This document shows positions 51,201 to 62,709 of a stretch of 64,000 bases of DNA, piece after piece. Location of the stretch: contig NC_045698.1 in assembly GCF_009834535.1 (NCBI RefSeq), positions 9,736,001 through 9,800,000 on the forward strand. Reading direction: 5' to 3'. Below the pieces are notes generated by a model. That model was given only the letters and a program-made list of their open reading frames with translations. It was not told the DNA's origin and ran no database searches. The DNA comes from Camelus ferus (lineage: Eukaryota). Position 1 is the stretch's first letter. Each line of letters begins with the position of its first letter. The position numbers and the translations under genes were made by a program.

Positions 51201-51701
51201 TCCATTTTTTAAAAGGTCTGTTTAATTGGCTGTTTGAGCCATAAAAACAAATCTCTTACCTGACCTAAATGCAAAAGGCAATAGAAGCAAAATCAGCACA
51301 AACTGTGTCGTGTTACCTTAGAGAACCAGCCTTTCAGCAGAACCACATTAACAGAAGAATAATCCCTTCAAGGGAAGGACCATCTGCTTAACCTAGTCAG
51401 TCTTTGGAGTTGAAGGAGGAAGAAAATGTATTACTGCGGACTTGAAGGCCACGCTTTATTAGAAAGTTGTAAATTTTACTTCTAAATCACCAAATAAACT
51501 TTTTCAAACACACAGTGATTGGTCATGAGGGATGGAACAGGCTAAATGTAACTAAGAGTCCAACTACAGAGTAAAAGGAAAACCAATGTAGCTCATTCAT
51601 TGCACAGTCAACCTGATTTACACGTTGTCCAGCACTCACAGAAGAACCAAGGCGATGATGCTTTGGAGCCTCCATTTATCGGGTGAGGGCCACGCTCCAC
51701 G

Positions 51702-51853
51702 TTACTTGACATCACAGAGAAGGGCAACCCCACGGAGCACCCAGTGTTCAGGGACCTGGGTCGTCCTGAGGTCCACAGCAGCGATGTAATTCAGGTCTGT
51801 TCGGACTGGCTTCTTGTAGATGGGGCAGGAGTACAACCGAGGATCTCTTACAG
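51702..51853 (-). CDS. DNAH5: DNAH5 terminal exon, coding part (152 nt including TAA); missed by the ORF track
   Basis: Acceptor ttttttgtag; A+CT completes Thr, then [49 protein letters not shown] with the dynein terminal motif [10 protein letters not shown]. Stop TAA at 51704-51702. Confidence 0.97.
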
Positions 51854-53233
51854 CTACAAAAAATTCATTTAAAAAAAGCTTTGTGAATTTCTAATTTAAG
51901 CAGCCCCAAACAGAGCACATGCAGAGCCAAATTTGTGCAAGCTGAAGGTCATTCCCAAGAGAGATGGGCTTCGTAGAATGAGGGAAACTCTTCCCGAGGT
52001 CAGGTAATCCCAGACACACCACACATTTCCAGTGGGTGTGACAAGACACCCAGGTGTCCTCAGGCTTACCCTACTCACCTTTGGCCCCATGTGCTTGACA
52101 GTATGACTTCCCATTGCTTCCTCACTCTGCTTTCCACCTGTCAACTCAACTCTCCCCCTCCACCCTCTCTCTTGTACTTCCCCACCGTATCTTGTGCTCA
52201 CACGCCCTCTCTATTTTTCCCTTATGGCTTGCCTTTGGCACAAGGTACCTGTTCCTTTTAATCAGACATCCAACACCAGTTAACTATTATTTCACTATTA
52301 TTCTGACTTCAAAATCCTGCCTTCAACCCTCTGTGCCACAGTTCAAACCACATCTGAAATCCCAGGACAAAGATGCTCCCCACCCCTACCAGGTATTATG
52401 AGTTCTCCACGCATGCAGAGGAATAAAAATGACTGAGAAGCAGAGAGTCATGGCACAGCTCAGCTCTCTAAGACTCAATCTGCCTGTTAGATGAAATAGA
52501 TGGAGTCCCCAAAATCACATACACAATGAAAGACAATCTGTGCATCCATCCTTCAGATATCCTCTCTAATACATTCTCTCCAGCCTTGGAAACCCCACGT
52601 CGAGGACAAATGCAAGTCTTGTAGGGCCTCAAACTTACACAGTTTGAGGAAGGGACTTCTTCCCAAAACCAGAGTGCAGTTTGCAAACACAAAATAAGCT
52701 TTGGAAGGAGGCTCTGCACTGAGCAGCCTTGGAGTTCAAGCTTCACCAGCTTCTTGTTAAATCCACTCTACCCATGGTCGTTTATTTGCGCATCTCAGAA
52801 CATCCATCTCAGGAAGCAGTATATTATCTCCTCTTCTCTCCCAGACTATAAATTATTTCAGAACAAAAGTTATGTCTGCACTCATCCATGCTCTCCTCTG
52901 GAAGGCCAGTACTATAAATGACCCTCACATAACTATTGAGACAAAAACACATTTAACTAAGTGGGCACTGTGACAGGAAAACAGTAACTTTCTAAGCGCA
53001 ATATTAATATATTAATGATACTGGATTTATTTCCCAAAACTAGCTTGCTCAATAATTTAGCTTTTCCTAATACATTACAAAAGCAAGGCACTATCAGAAG
53101 TTACAGTCTCATTTTTTGACCCATGTGTTTTTATACCCCCACTATAAATTTAATTAATTTTATTGGAAGAAAGCAAACATTTGAATATGATAACATTATA
53201 CAAAAGTTTTGATATAAAATAAATATTCTAAAG

Positions 53234-53434
53234 CTCTGATTCTTAACCAGGTGGAATTTTTACCCCAGGGGATATTTGCCCGTATCTAGAGACGTTTTTG
53301 GTTATCACACCTGGGAAGGTACCACTGGCATCAGTAGGTAGAAGCCATGGATGCTGCTAACATCCTGTGATGCACAGGACGGCAAGAGTTATCTGGACCA
53401 AAAATGTCAATAACACCAAGGTTGGGAATCCGTC
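53234..53434 (+). mobile_element. MER20 hAT DNA transposon (DNAH5 last intron)
   Basis: ccccaggggatatttgcc...tctagagacgtttttggttatcac...ggatgctgctaacatcc...aaatgtcaataacaccaaggttggg; 8-bp TSD ttctaaag / ttctaaaa. Confidence 0.88.
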
Positions 53435-54539
53435 TTCTAAAACAAAGTCACAGATATTTCATAGTACTTTAAAACTATGTATTTGCTTAATCCCTTGAAA
53501 TTTATCATTAGAAACCATCTAAATTAATGTAACACCTAATTTTTAAGTCTAGGCAAATTTTTTAATTACTATGAGAATATCATTAGTAATAATAATTATG
53601 CAAATATATGAAAATTCTGATTAAATAAGTCAATGACAGAGAATTTATGGAGTGCAGTTAATACTAACTATATTAACTGATACATTTAAACCCTTTAATC
53701 CTAGGATCTGAACATATAACAAATATTTAACTAATTGTTCTTCAATGCACATTTGACGAACAGTCATTTTCTAAATCTTGAAGCAAGCCGTTAGAGTCTT
53801 ACTTTTGAATCAAAGGATAATTTTAATAATTGCGCCTTGGGAAGTATCTGATTCCTTGGTTTTAATCTCTAAAGAAAGATAGAGTTGGAAAAAATAACAT
53901 TCTTTTCAATAAGTAGGTTAAAAAAAGCAATTCTCTGAAATATTTATCCAATTTTATTGATTTTTAATTGCTTCAGAACGGAATGCGCCCACGCCACGCC
54001 ACAGCATGCAGCAACCTCCTGCAGCAGGATTAGAAACCACTGCAAATATAATTTCATAGCGGAAGTGCTGACAAACACTAAAAAGCCACAGAAACAGATC
54101 ATCTGAAACCATTACCCCTGGTTAGACAAATAACTTTAAAGACAAAAGTAAACATGCGAGGTAGGAAGAACAAATCAACTAAACAGGTTTAAAGCTGTAG
54201 GGCCCCCGAGAGAAGAGGCTGTCTAAACTGGTGAGCTATCTGCTTTAAGAGGCTGAGGTTCCTAAAAAAACACCTCGAGGAAATTCCATTTTCTGACTAT
54301 GTAACGTCCCTCTCCAGCCTACATTTTTCATCCACGTGTCAGTGTTATCATTACATCGTATATTTCTCCCAATATCCAAAATAATCAAGTTACATACAGA
54401 TCCCCTTTATGGTCTTTAAACCATCCCTTTATTTAACCGCTTTTTTGCTAGTAACATTGAAGTTATTAAATAGCGCACGCTTACATGTGATATTTCTTTT
54501 AGTCCTTCAACAAGCATGTGCGTTATCATATTAGTAGTA

Positions 54540-54760
54540 ATAATAATAAAATTATTTATTGTATGCTAATTACGTGCTAGACATTGTTCAGTTTAATTCT
54601 CTCAACAACCCAATGAGATGGGTATCGTGATTAAATCCATTTTACAGATGAGGAAACTGGAAGAACACGAGGAGGTGGGTTACTTAGCCAGGGTTGCAGA
54701 GCTGTAGGGGATGAGTCACACCTGCCCAGAATGGGTCCAGAGCTTCTGCTCTTAATCTCA
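54540..54760 (-). mobile_element. MIR
   Basis: tttaattctctcaacaacccaatgagatggg...ccattttacagatgaggaaactg. Confidence 0.8.
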
Positions 54761-57279
54761 GCAACATTTGGGACGTACTATGGGTATGTGCCTCTGTGTC
54801 TTTGCAGAAAGACGTAACATGAACTGGAGAAACCTAGATGACTGACTTGTGGCACAGCTGAGACCCCTTCAAAGCCACGTGATTAACTGCTAGGGTGATA
54901 AAGCCAGGAGAGCACCCCAGATGCCCAGGCTCCTAGCTCACAGCCTTTTATCGGAGCCCATGTGCCTCCCTAGCGGGCAGGGAGTAACCGTCTTTAACCT
55001 GCAGCATGGGGGAGGAAGCCATCGGGAGCAACAGCCCTCACCCACACAGGGCAGAGGCCTTTACTGTGTCTACTTCACCATGTACCTGAGAAAAATAAAT
55101 CCATGACTCCAAAATGCGAAGGAGCTGTCCTCATTTTCAATTTAGCCTTTATTTTCAAGCTTGTCCCTAAACGCATAGTCCTGAGTCGAACACTACCACG
55201 GGAACTCCCAGCCGCCTGCATTCATCCCACAGCAGACAAAGGTGATTCAGGAATCATAGGCAAAGTACACAATGTTTCTAAACCCTAATTTCCCCACCTG
55301 CAAAATAGGCATGCTATATCTTACAGATTTGTTGTAAAGATTAAGTAAGTTAAAACATATGAATGCCTGACATAGTATACTGCCTAGAATGCAGTAGATA
55401 CCCGAGATGTGTTAGATTTCTCCTCTCTCTCTCACTATACACACAAACTCACACACACGTGCACATGTGCACAGACCACTTACCTTTTCACTGAAACAAA
55501 CTGCCCAGACTCAGGTTCCCCATGACTTTGTTAACAGAGTTCCAGGTTTACAAACTCAAAGTGGATGAAATGCTGTGGGGCTCAGGAGTCAGGAGATCTC
55601 CAGCCCCAGGTCACTGCACCAAGCTATTCCCACTCCCAGCCCCACATCTGCACAGTGCTGGATTAGGGTGGGTCACAGGGCATTCTTAGAAACATCTTTT
55701 CTCCTGCAGGAAATAGTCTCATTAGCTGTCGGGACCCTGAGATCCTTCTCATCCTACTTGGCAACCAGAGGTACATTTAAGTCTTGCTTTGTTCCCCTAA
55801 ACGTTCTAATCACTGGCTTCCCATCACATGGGCTACAGCGCTGTAAAGTTATTAGAAGCATCACTCTCTCCATAGACTAAATCTGTAAGGAGACGTATCT
55901 TTCCTACAGCTGCCTCTTCCTCTTCCTTTGAGAACACAGGGTCTAGAGTAGGTGGCTTTACCCTCTTGGAGAATTTCGTACTATTTGGGTGACTCTCCAT
56001 GACAACCTAACAAGAAGCATAAATAAAATAAACATTTGGGGATATATCACTCAATTTTTTAGAGCTGAAATAAATATCTAGACTTCCTTTTGAAAACAAA
56101 TAAACCAGTCCTGTGTGTAAAATTCAACAGTGAATTATTTAAACTGAAATTGCCCTTCACCTTAATGCAAAAAACAATTCACTGTAAGAATTTTAATTTT
56201 AAAACACTGTAACTTTGGAGAGTCCTTTAGTTGATAACATTGTATCTCTTTCTCTCAATTAGAGCCCTATTTAATCATAAAAGTTGAATGAAAATTAAAT
56301 TTACAGGATGCAAAGAGCAATGGAATGTTAGTTTTCCATCACTAAAACACCTGCTCCAACCACAAAGCTATTTGGCAAAAAGTTTCCACCAACTTCTATT
56401 GAAACCAAAAAATGAATAAAGAACTATAGTTTTTCTTTACTTTCTTTTCAGCACTTTGAAATTAGTAGGCCCTTTTTCCTTTATGTATTTTTACTTCCTC
56501 CCTCACCTGCAGCTAATGAGCATCACTGCTGACTAATGCCCAGCAGGGTAAGAACAGTTCATCCATAAAAATCTGTCCTTATATAATAAAGGATGGCCTC
56601 TATTATAAAATTGTTATGTTACTCCTACCATGCTGAGATGCTCAAAGCCATATAGCCATGGATTTTAACAATTTAGTCACAAGAAATTAAAAAACAAAAT
56701 AAAACATCTAACTGAACGTGAGAAAGATTTTTCTTTTGCTTTATAAGGGAAACATTTCTGCAACAATGTTGACTAGATGCAACAAAATCTCTAAAATATT
56801 ACTTTTGGCTAAAAGAACACTTGATTATTATTTCTATAAAATAATCACTTCCCTGGGACTTCACACCACCCTGGGGACTAATAAACATGAAGCCACAGGC
56901 CGCTTGCTTGCCTAAGCCCAGGCAGACACTGGGATCCTTTCAGACTCAACTGGGCGTGTAAGGAGGGACACCTTGTACCAAGAAGGATGCTGACCATCCT
57001 CACATCTCTCTTCTGATGCTGAGCTCCCTTCATGGGCCCCCCTTCCTTGCACACCATCTTTCTGTTCCTCAAGCACAGCATATCCACTGCTACCTCTTGC
57101 CTCCACACCCTTGCCTTTGCTCCTGGATGTTAGTTCGACGTGCGGTGTTCTCTCTGAACTCCTGAATTCTCTCACTCCCTGGAACACCACGGGTGTGTGT
57201 TCTTTACAGAAACAAAAACTACGTGAAATTGGTATGTCCATTTACAATCTAGCCTGTTTACACTATTTGTGGGACTTAT

Positions 57280-57873
57280 GTATCGATAGTCCCATGAAAT
57301 CTGAATTTCCAACCGCTCCTAGGGGAAATGTAGGGTCAGGTTCCGGTGAGTGGCTGGTCACAGAATTCCTACCAACCCATCAATACATAACCTTGCTGTA
57401 TGTGTGTTTCTGTTTAAAGACACCTTCTTAATGTGCACTGTTGATTCATTAACACTGAAGTCAAGGCCAACAGCACTGTAACTCATGCCTGAACAAAGCT
57501 TGTCTAACCCTTGTCTTCCCTCCATAGGGCACATCACCACCTCTTGAGCTTAGGAACAGTAGACAGCCCTTCAGGACTACACTTGGGGGGCATTTTGAAC
57601 AATGAAAAGTAGAAAAATGTGAAAAACATGGCACTAAATAGACCACGACAAGGACTATTGTATACAGTCTGAGCTGAAACTAAAAGACAGAGCACAGGCT
57701 GGCTCAGCCTTAGCCGGGAGCACACATGTTGGGAGGCCCAGACTGTTTGCTGCTTTGTCCATGTCCGTGAATGACCATGAAAGTGCCACAAACATCGATC
57801 TAGGACTACAAATAGATTTTAGCATGTGGGCGAATTCATAAATACAACCTCCTTGAGTAAAAAGGATTGACTA
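57280..57873 (-). mobile_element. MER82-like TcMar-Tigger DNA transposon
   Basis: gctcctaggggaaatgtagggtcaggttcc...catcaatacataaccttg...tggcactaaatagaccacg...gagctgaaac...gcgaattcataaatac...ggattgact. Confidence 0.82.
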
Positions 57874-58544
57874 CATTTGCTTCCTTTTTTGGCTACCCTT
57901 CCCTCTTTGTGCTCCATGCAAACAGGGGTCCTGCCTGGCCTTTTCTCATTGCTGCATCCCCAGAAACAGAGTCGCGTGTGTCAGATGGTCATTACCAGAC
58001 AAATGTTCATTGGATGACCTAGTGAGCTGAAGCTAGTTCCCTCCTCCAAGGAAAGTCTGACTCTAATGCCCCATCATGCCCATTCTTCTCCTCCAAAGCA
58101 CATCACAGAGGCAGTCGCCACCAGCCTCCTAGGCCTGGTTATGCTCTTCTTCTAAATGTCCTAAGCATTCTGAGAGCATCTTTATCACAACAGGTATCAT
58201 ATTCTATTTAAATTGTTCATTTACTTATCAGTTTCCCTCACTAGACTGTGAGTTCTTTGTGGGCATGACCTGGTTCACAATTACCTTTGTCTCTTACACC
58301 TAAGGTTGTGGTTGATACATATTAGGCATCCAGCAAATATTTGCTTAAAAAATAAATACCCAAAGTTTATAAACTCTCTTCCCTTGACACATGTTTACAA
58401 ATGTGACATTTATCTAAGGGATGGAGATATTAAAAGCTATCTCTTAAAGAAATATTATTTTAGCCCTTGTTTAAAGAAAAATATTTTGTGCTTCTCTTGT
58501 AAAATTAGTACTTCCTTGGGATACACTGTCATGGACACCTCTTG

Positions 58545-58660
58545 AGTTGATGGCTTAGGGCAACCATCTCACTATGTATATGCATATCAAATTATCATGT
58601 TGTACACCTTAAGTGTATGCGATTTTTCTTTAAAAAGAAAAGTAAATACATTTTTTTTAA
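58545..58660 (+). mobile_element. L1 3' end fragment
   Basis: ccatctcactatgtatatgcatatcaaattatcatgttgtacaccttaagtgtatgc followed by an A-rich tail. Confidence 0.65.
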
Positions 58661-59434
58661 AATGAAATGAACAGAGAATCTTCTCATGTGCTGAACAGTG
58701 GTTACTGCGGAGGAGTTGTTAGCTGAGCGAAATGCAAACAACGAAAGCCTCTAGAAAACAGTCAAACCAACAATGGAAAATAGTTTAAGAATTTCTAGGT
58801 TTGTTGAATAGAGCTTTGATAACTTTGTCAAAGTATTCTGCTTTGACATGTGTACTTCACAGAAGCGTTATCACATTCACAGGTTATAACGCGAACCCAG
58901 CATTTTACCATTGGCTCCTGGGTGAAGCTGAATGCCCCTGAATTCAATCTGGATTTCATAACCTGGCTTAAATCTCCAAGCCATTGGAGCCACTCACCTC
59001 CAGCAGCCCTGTGCAGTGCTGCCTGGAAAGCCTTCTTTCCACCACTTGCCATCTTCATCACATCCATCCTTTCAAGCCCATCCAGGCCCAACAGCCCCTG
59101 ATGACTTGATCCCACTGTTACCTCACCCTCCTTTCTCACCACTCACTAGCTAACTTGTTTCTTGTCTCATCAGCTAACACTTCATGAATATCCATATATA
59201 TTTCATCTGCTTTATTAGATAGGCAAGAACTATCTAGAACCAGTGCCTCTCAGTAGCACTCAAGAAAGGCCCTAGTGGTCAGTAGGTACTCAGTAAACAC
59301 AGGCATGAATGTGAAGCCAGTTGATAAAACAGTATAATCCTTATCACATGATAACAAAAGTAACAAGATCCTGTGTTTATAATGTCACCCAACCCGATAA
59401 TATGAACCATCCCTGAACACACAAGATCACTTAC

Positions 59435-59666
59435 TGTTGTTTTCGGCATAAATCCTTATGACAGGCATTAACTCAAAGAGCACTTTTGGTTTGGACTCAG
59501 TGAGTTTCATGTTTCTTTTGTCCCAGCCAGCACCTTCAAGATACAAGCCGTAGACGTAGACACCCTCTGTGGGAGGGGCAGAAATGTCATCCTTCATCCA
59601 CTTGGTGACTTCATTGCAAAGCACCATATTGTCCAGGGCCCAGCCTTTGTTGGCTCGAGTTATTTC
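59435..59666 (-). CDS. DNAH5: DNAH5 penultimate coding exon (232 nt, phase 0/1)
   Basis: [77 protein letters not shown] plus 1 nt; contains the [15 protein letters not shown] motif. Acceptor tag (59669-59667), donor gtaagt (59434-59429). Confidence 0.97.
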
Positions 59667-60081
59667 CTACTCAGGGCAAGAGCAAAGCAAAGGATTAAAC
59701 CAGCGACTAGAGGTTTGTCTTAATAGAAGGAGCATAACTGTGATGACAGTGCAGCCCCAAATTATCTGAATTCAAAGGAAATAGGATAGTATTTTTAAAG
59801 TTTTAAAAGATTCTCTCATAAGCAATACCAATGTCCTAATTTAACCACTTGTACTTTTAAAAGAAATATCAAATCAAATATAAAAAGAACAAATATTTTG
59901 AAATCCAAGCTAGCAGCCTGAGAACAAGTTGCTGGATTAACATTCAGGACAAAGTAACTGCTGATAACAAAAAGAGACGATCATTCTCTGTCTTGTTATA
60001 CTCTTTAAAACCACAATAAAAGAAGAAAGCCTTGTAGAGGCAAATTATAGTAACGCAACAGGTGCAAATCAGAGCTATTAC

Positions 60082-60234
60082 CTGTCGCATTGCAGTCAAA
60101 AATCCCTGGGGGTTGAAAAAGCCTGTCATCCAGAAGCAGTGGGGTCGGCCGTTGAAAACCCAAGAGGTGAACTGGCTGTTTCTTTCTATAAGTTCAGTAA
60201 ACCAGAAACCCAATGTACTTGAAACCCAAGACAC
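60082..60234 (-). CDS. DNAH5: DNAH5 3rd-last coding exon (153 nt, phase 0/0)
   Basis: [51 protein letters not shown], containing the dynein heavy chain FW-x-GFFNPQ-x-FLTA motif. Acceptor tttcag, donor gtaata; in frame with both neighbours. Confidence 0.97.
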
Positions 60235-62129
60235 CTGAAATGCATACGTTGAAACAGTGGATTAAGACAGGTTTAATTCTGCTGTGTAATTGGCTTATGT
60301 TCACAGAATGAAAAAAAAAGATGAAATATCAGTTTCACTCTTAGAATTCAGAAGCCCCTAGGACATTAATTTCCCCTGGGTTCTGACATTTAAGTTTTCA
60401 AATTTTTCTTCGTCCTTAATGATATGAAGATATGATAGAATAGCTAATCACCCCGTGACTACCAGATCAAGCTAACTTGGCACACTGTTCAAGACAGCTG
60501 AGGTCAACAGACTCACCCTCCACATACGAATACAGTCATGACCGATTCTGCTGTAAAGCAATTAGAACCCTTAATGGAATTAAATTTAACAGGTTTCAAC
60601 TATTTTTTTCCTTAGGCTACATTTTCAATAGACACATCATAAAACAGGATTTCTATTTACATAAATGTGTTCATGGCCTCATCAGCACTTTAAAATATAT
60701 TCTGCGAGTGGTAAGTTGCAGAAGCCTTTCTCCACTTATCATTTTTAATGAGGAAAACACCAGTTATTTTCTGAAGTTTTTGTCCCTTACCATGCACTTT
60801 TATTTCCCCTGATGCAGGACTAGAAATAGAAACACAGGTCTCTTTACCACCAACAAATTAGCTGCATTCATTGCCTGTAACATTCTGCCTGAATTCATAT
60901 GTGGAATTCTATTTTTGGCACAGACGTATCATTAATTCTATCAATAGCCATGCTGGTAGGTATCTCTAAATCATATTTTATACCGTGTTATTGTAACTGC
61001 AATATTTTATGTGTGAATAAAAGTAGGGATCAATCTGGATAGATAAACTGCTTGAATTTCAGATATCTAAAGAACTCTCTTTCAAGAGACACTGAAATTC
61101 TCAAAGACTGATAATAAATTGAGTAGAATAAAAACCTGTAATAAAAAGATCTTAATTTAAAAATGAGACAACTCATTCTATCATAACTTTAGAGACATGT
61201 TAACTGAAAGAGATGTTTATACATTTGATCTGAGGGCACAGGGAAGCATTCATGAGAGGACGTCTCCTGGCAAGGACCCCTGTTCCAAGGTCTCCGGGTG
61301 TTGACCACGCTGGGTGAGCCGGTTGAGTGGGGAGAGAACCTGCAATGGCCAGTAACCAGGTAGGTTCCTTCTCTATCATTGGCAATGAGAAGAGTTAATT
61401 CATATTTAAAAAAATAATAATAAAAAAAATAAAGAAAGAAAGAAAAGAAAAAACCCTCTGGCTTTGGCAATAAATTTTTTGAAGGTGAGAAGAGAAAGGC
61501 GTCTGGTCAAAGCTGATTCTGAGTTTCTAAGCTGTGTGACTAGAGGGATGGACGATGGTGTGTCAAATAATTTGGAGAAGACAGTGGGAGAGCATTCCCC
61601 AGTTACTATAGCTGCCGTCAGGACCCACTGCCGTGGAATCTGCCAGAGCTCTGGGCGAGGCATCAGAATCTCAGCACTAAGGGAGTCTCTTCTGAGAGAC
61701 TATCAGTTCTAACCCCATCCTGTCTCCCTTTCCCATCTACCTGAGTAACTTCCAGAAGATTCCAGTCACCCCAGGACCCAATCTCATCTCTATATGCCGC
61801 CATCCACGGATAAATCTGAGCCCTCCCACCCTCCCAAGTCTTTCCACTGGACACTCAGCATCCTCAGTGCCGTGATCAGGAAGCTCCTCTGCAAGGACAC
61901 TCAGGTACTCGTTTTTCTTTTCCAAGTAGAAAATTATGTCCTAATGCCACACCTGTCATTTAGCACAATTACCAACACATAATCAGTAAGCATGCTATCA
62001 AGTTATTATTGTGTTATCTTGAGAGATACACACTCACATATTTACAGACAGAGCAAGGAAAAATGTTTCTCTTTGGTATGACTTTTGATATATGTGTGTG
62101 TCTAGGAATATTCCCTTCTATACCACTAA

Positions 62130-62340
62130 CATCATAAGCTTTAAGTCCTTGAGCTTGGGTTACAATTCTGATTGTTTGACTTCTTAGGTGTGTGATCTGG
62201 GGAAAAGATTTAACTTCTCCCAAACTCAGGTTCCTCATCTGCAAAATGAGAGTACTAAATTGCAAGATTTAAATGAAATAATGCATGTAAATTGCCTAGC
62301 AGAGCACCTGAGATATGAGAGATGCTAAGTAATTTCCTTC
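62130..62340 (+). mobile_element. MIR
   Basis: tgtgtgatctggggaaaagatttaacttctcc...ctcaggttcctcatctgcaaaatgag...gatttaaatgaaataatgcatgtaaa. Confidence 0.8.
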
Positions 62341-62496
62341 CCTACGTACAATCTAAAAATACAGAGCTGGAGGGGATTAGTCCCTACGCAAAAGAACCCT
62401 CCTAAGTACATTATCCTTACAGGGTTTCCACTTGCCAATTATAACTGTGCACAACAATAAAGTGATTAGGCAGAACACGGAGCAACTTAAACATAC

Positions 62497-62709
62497 TTTT
62501 TTCCACCCAGCAGGAATTCTGGCGTCAAACATGCAATTCAGTGCATCTCGTAAATTTTCACTCATTATGATGGTGCCGTCAATGGCAAGTTTCAGTTCAG
62601 TCAGGGTGCTTCGGACGAGGGTGAGTACCCGTTGCATTCTGTCTATCTCCTGCCTGAGGAAAATATTCATCGGCTGGAAAGGCCCCATCTTCTGCAGCCT
62701 TTCTTTTAC
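62497..62709 (-). CDS. DNAH5: Dynein axonemal heavy chain 5, 4th-last coding exon (213 nt, phase 0/0; probably human exon 76 equivalent)
   Basis: Translates [71 protein letters not shown], recognised as the DNAH5 C-terminal domain. Minus-strand acceptor ...catggcag (62712-62710); donor gtatgt at 62496-62491. Confidence 0.96.

Larger units (their letters stand above)
50030..51701 (-). other. DNAH5: Probable DNAH5 3' UTR (distal end inferred)
   Basis: Follows the stop codon. Minus-strand AATAAA at 51455-51460, 51059-51070 (tandem), 50087-50092 and 50053-50058, the last followed by GT/T-rich sequence. The end point is inference. Confidence 0.6.

Noticed and set aside
59944..60081. C-terminal extensions of DNAH5 ORFs past the donors (also 62377-62496 and 59427-59434)
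   Set aside because: These are intron read-through in the ORF track; canonical GT donors and frame-consistent downstream exons explain the real protein.
62503..62511. Apparent substitution in RIPAGWKK versus recalled human RIPAWWKK
   Set aside because: It relies on memory of the human sequence, and the position seems variable among dyneins; no functional claim is possible without an alignment.
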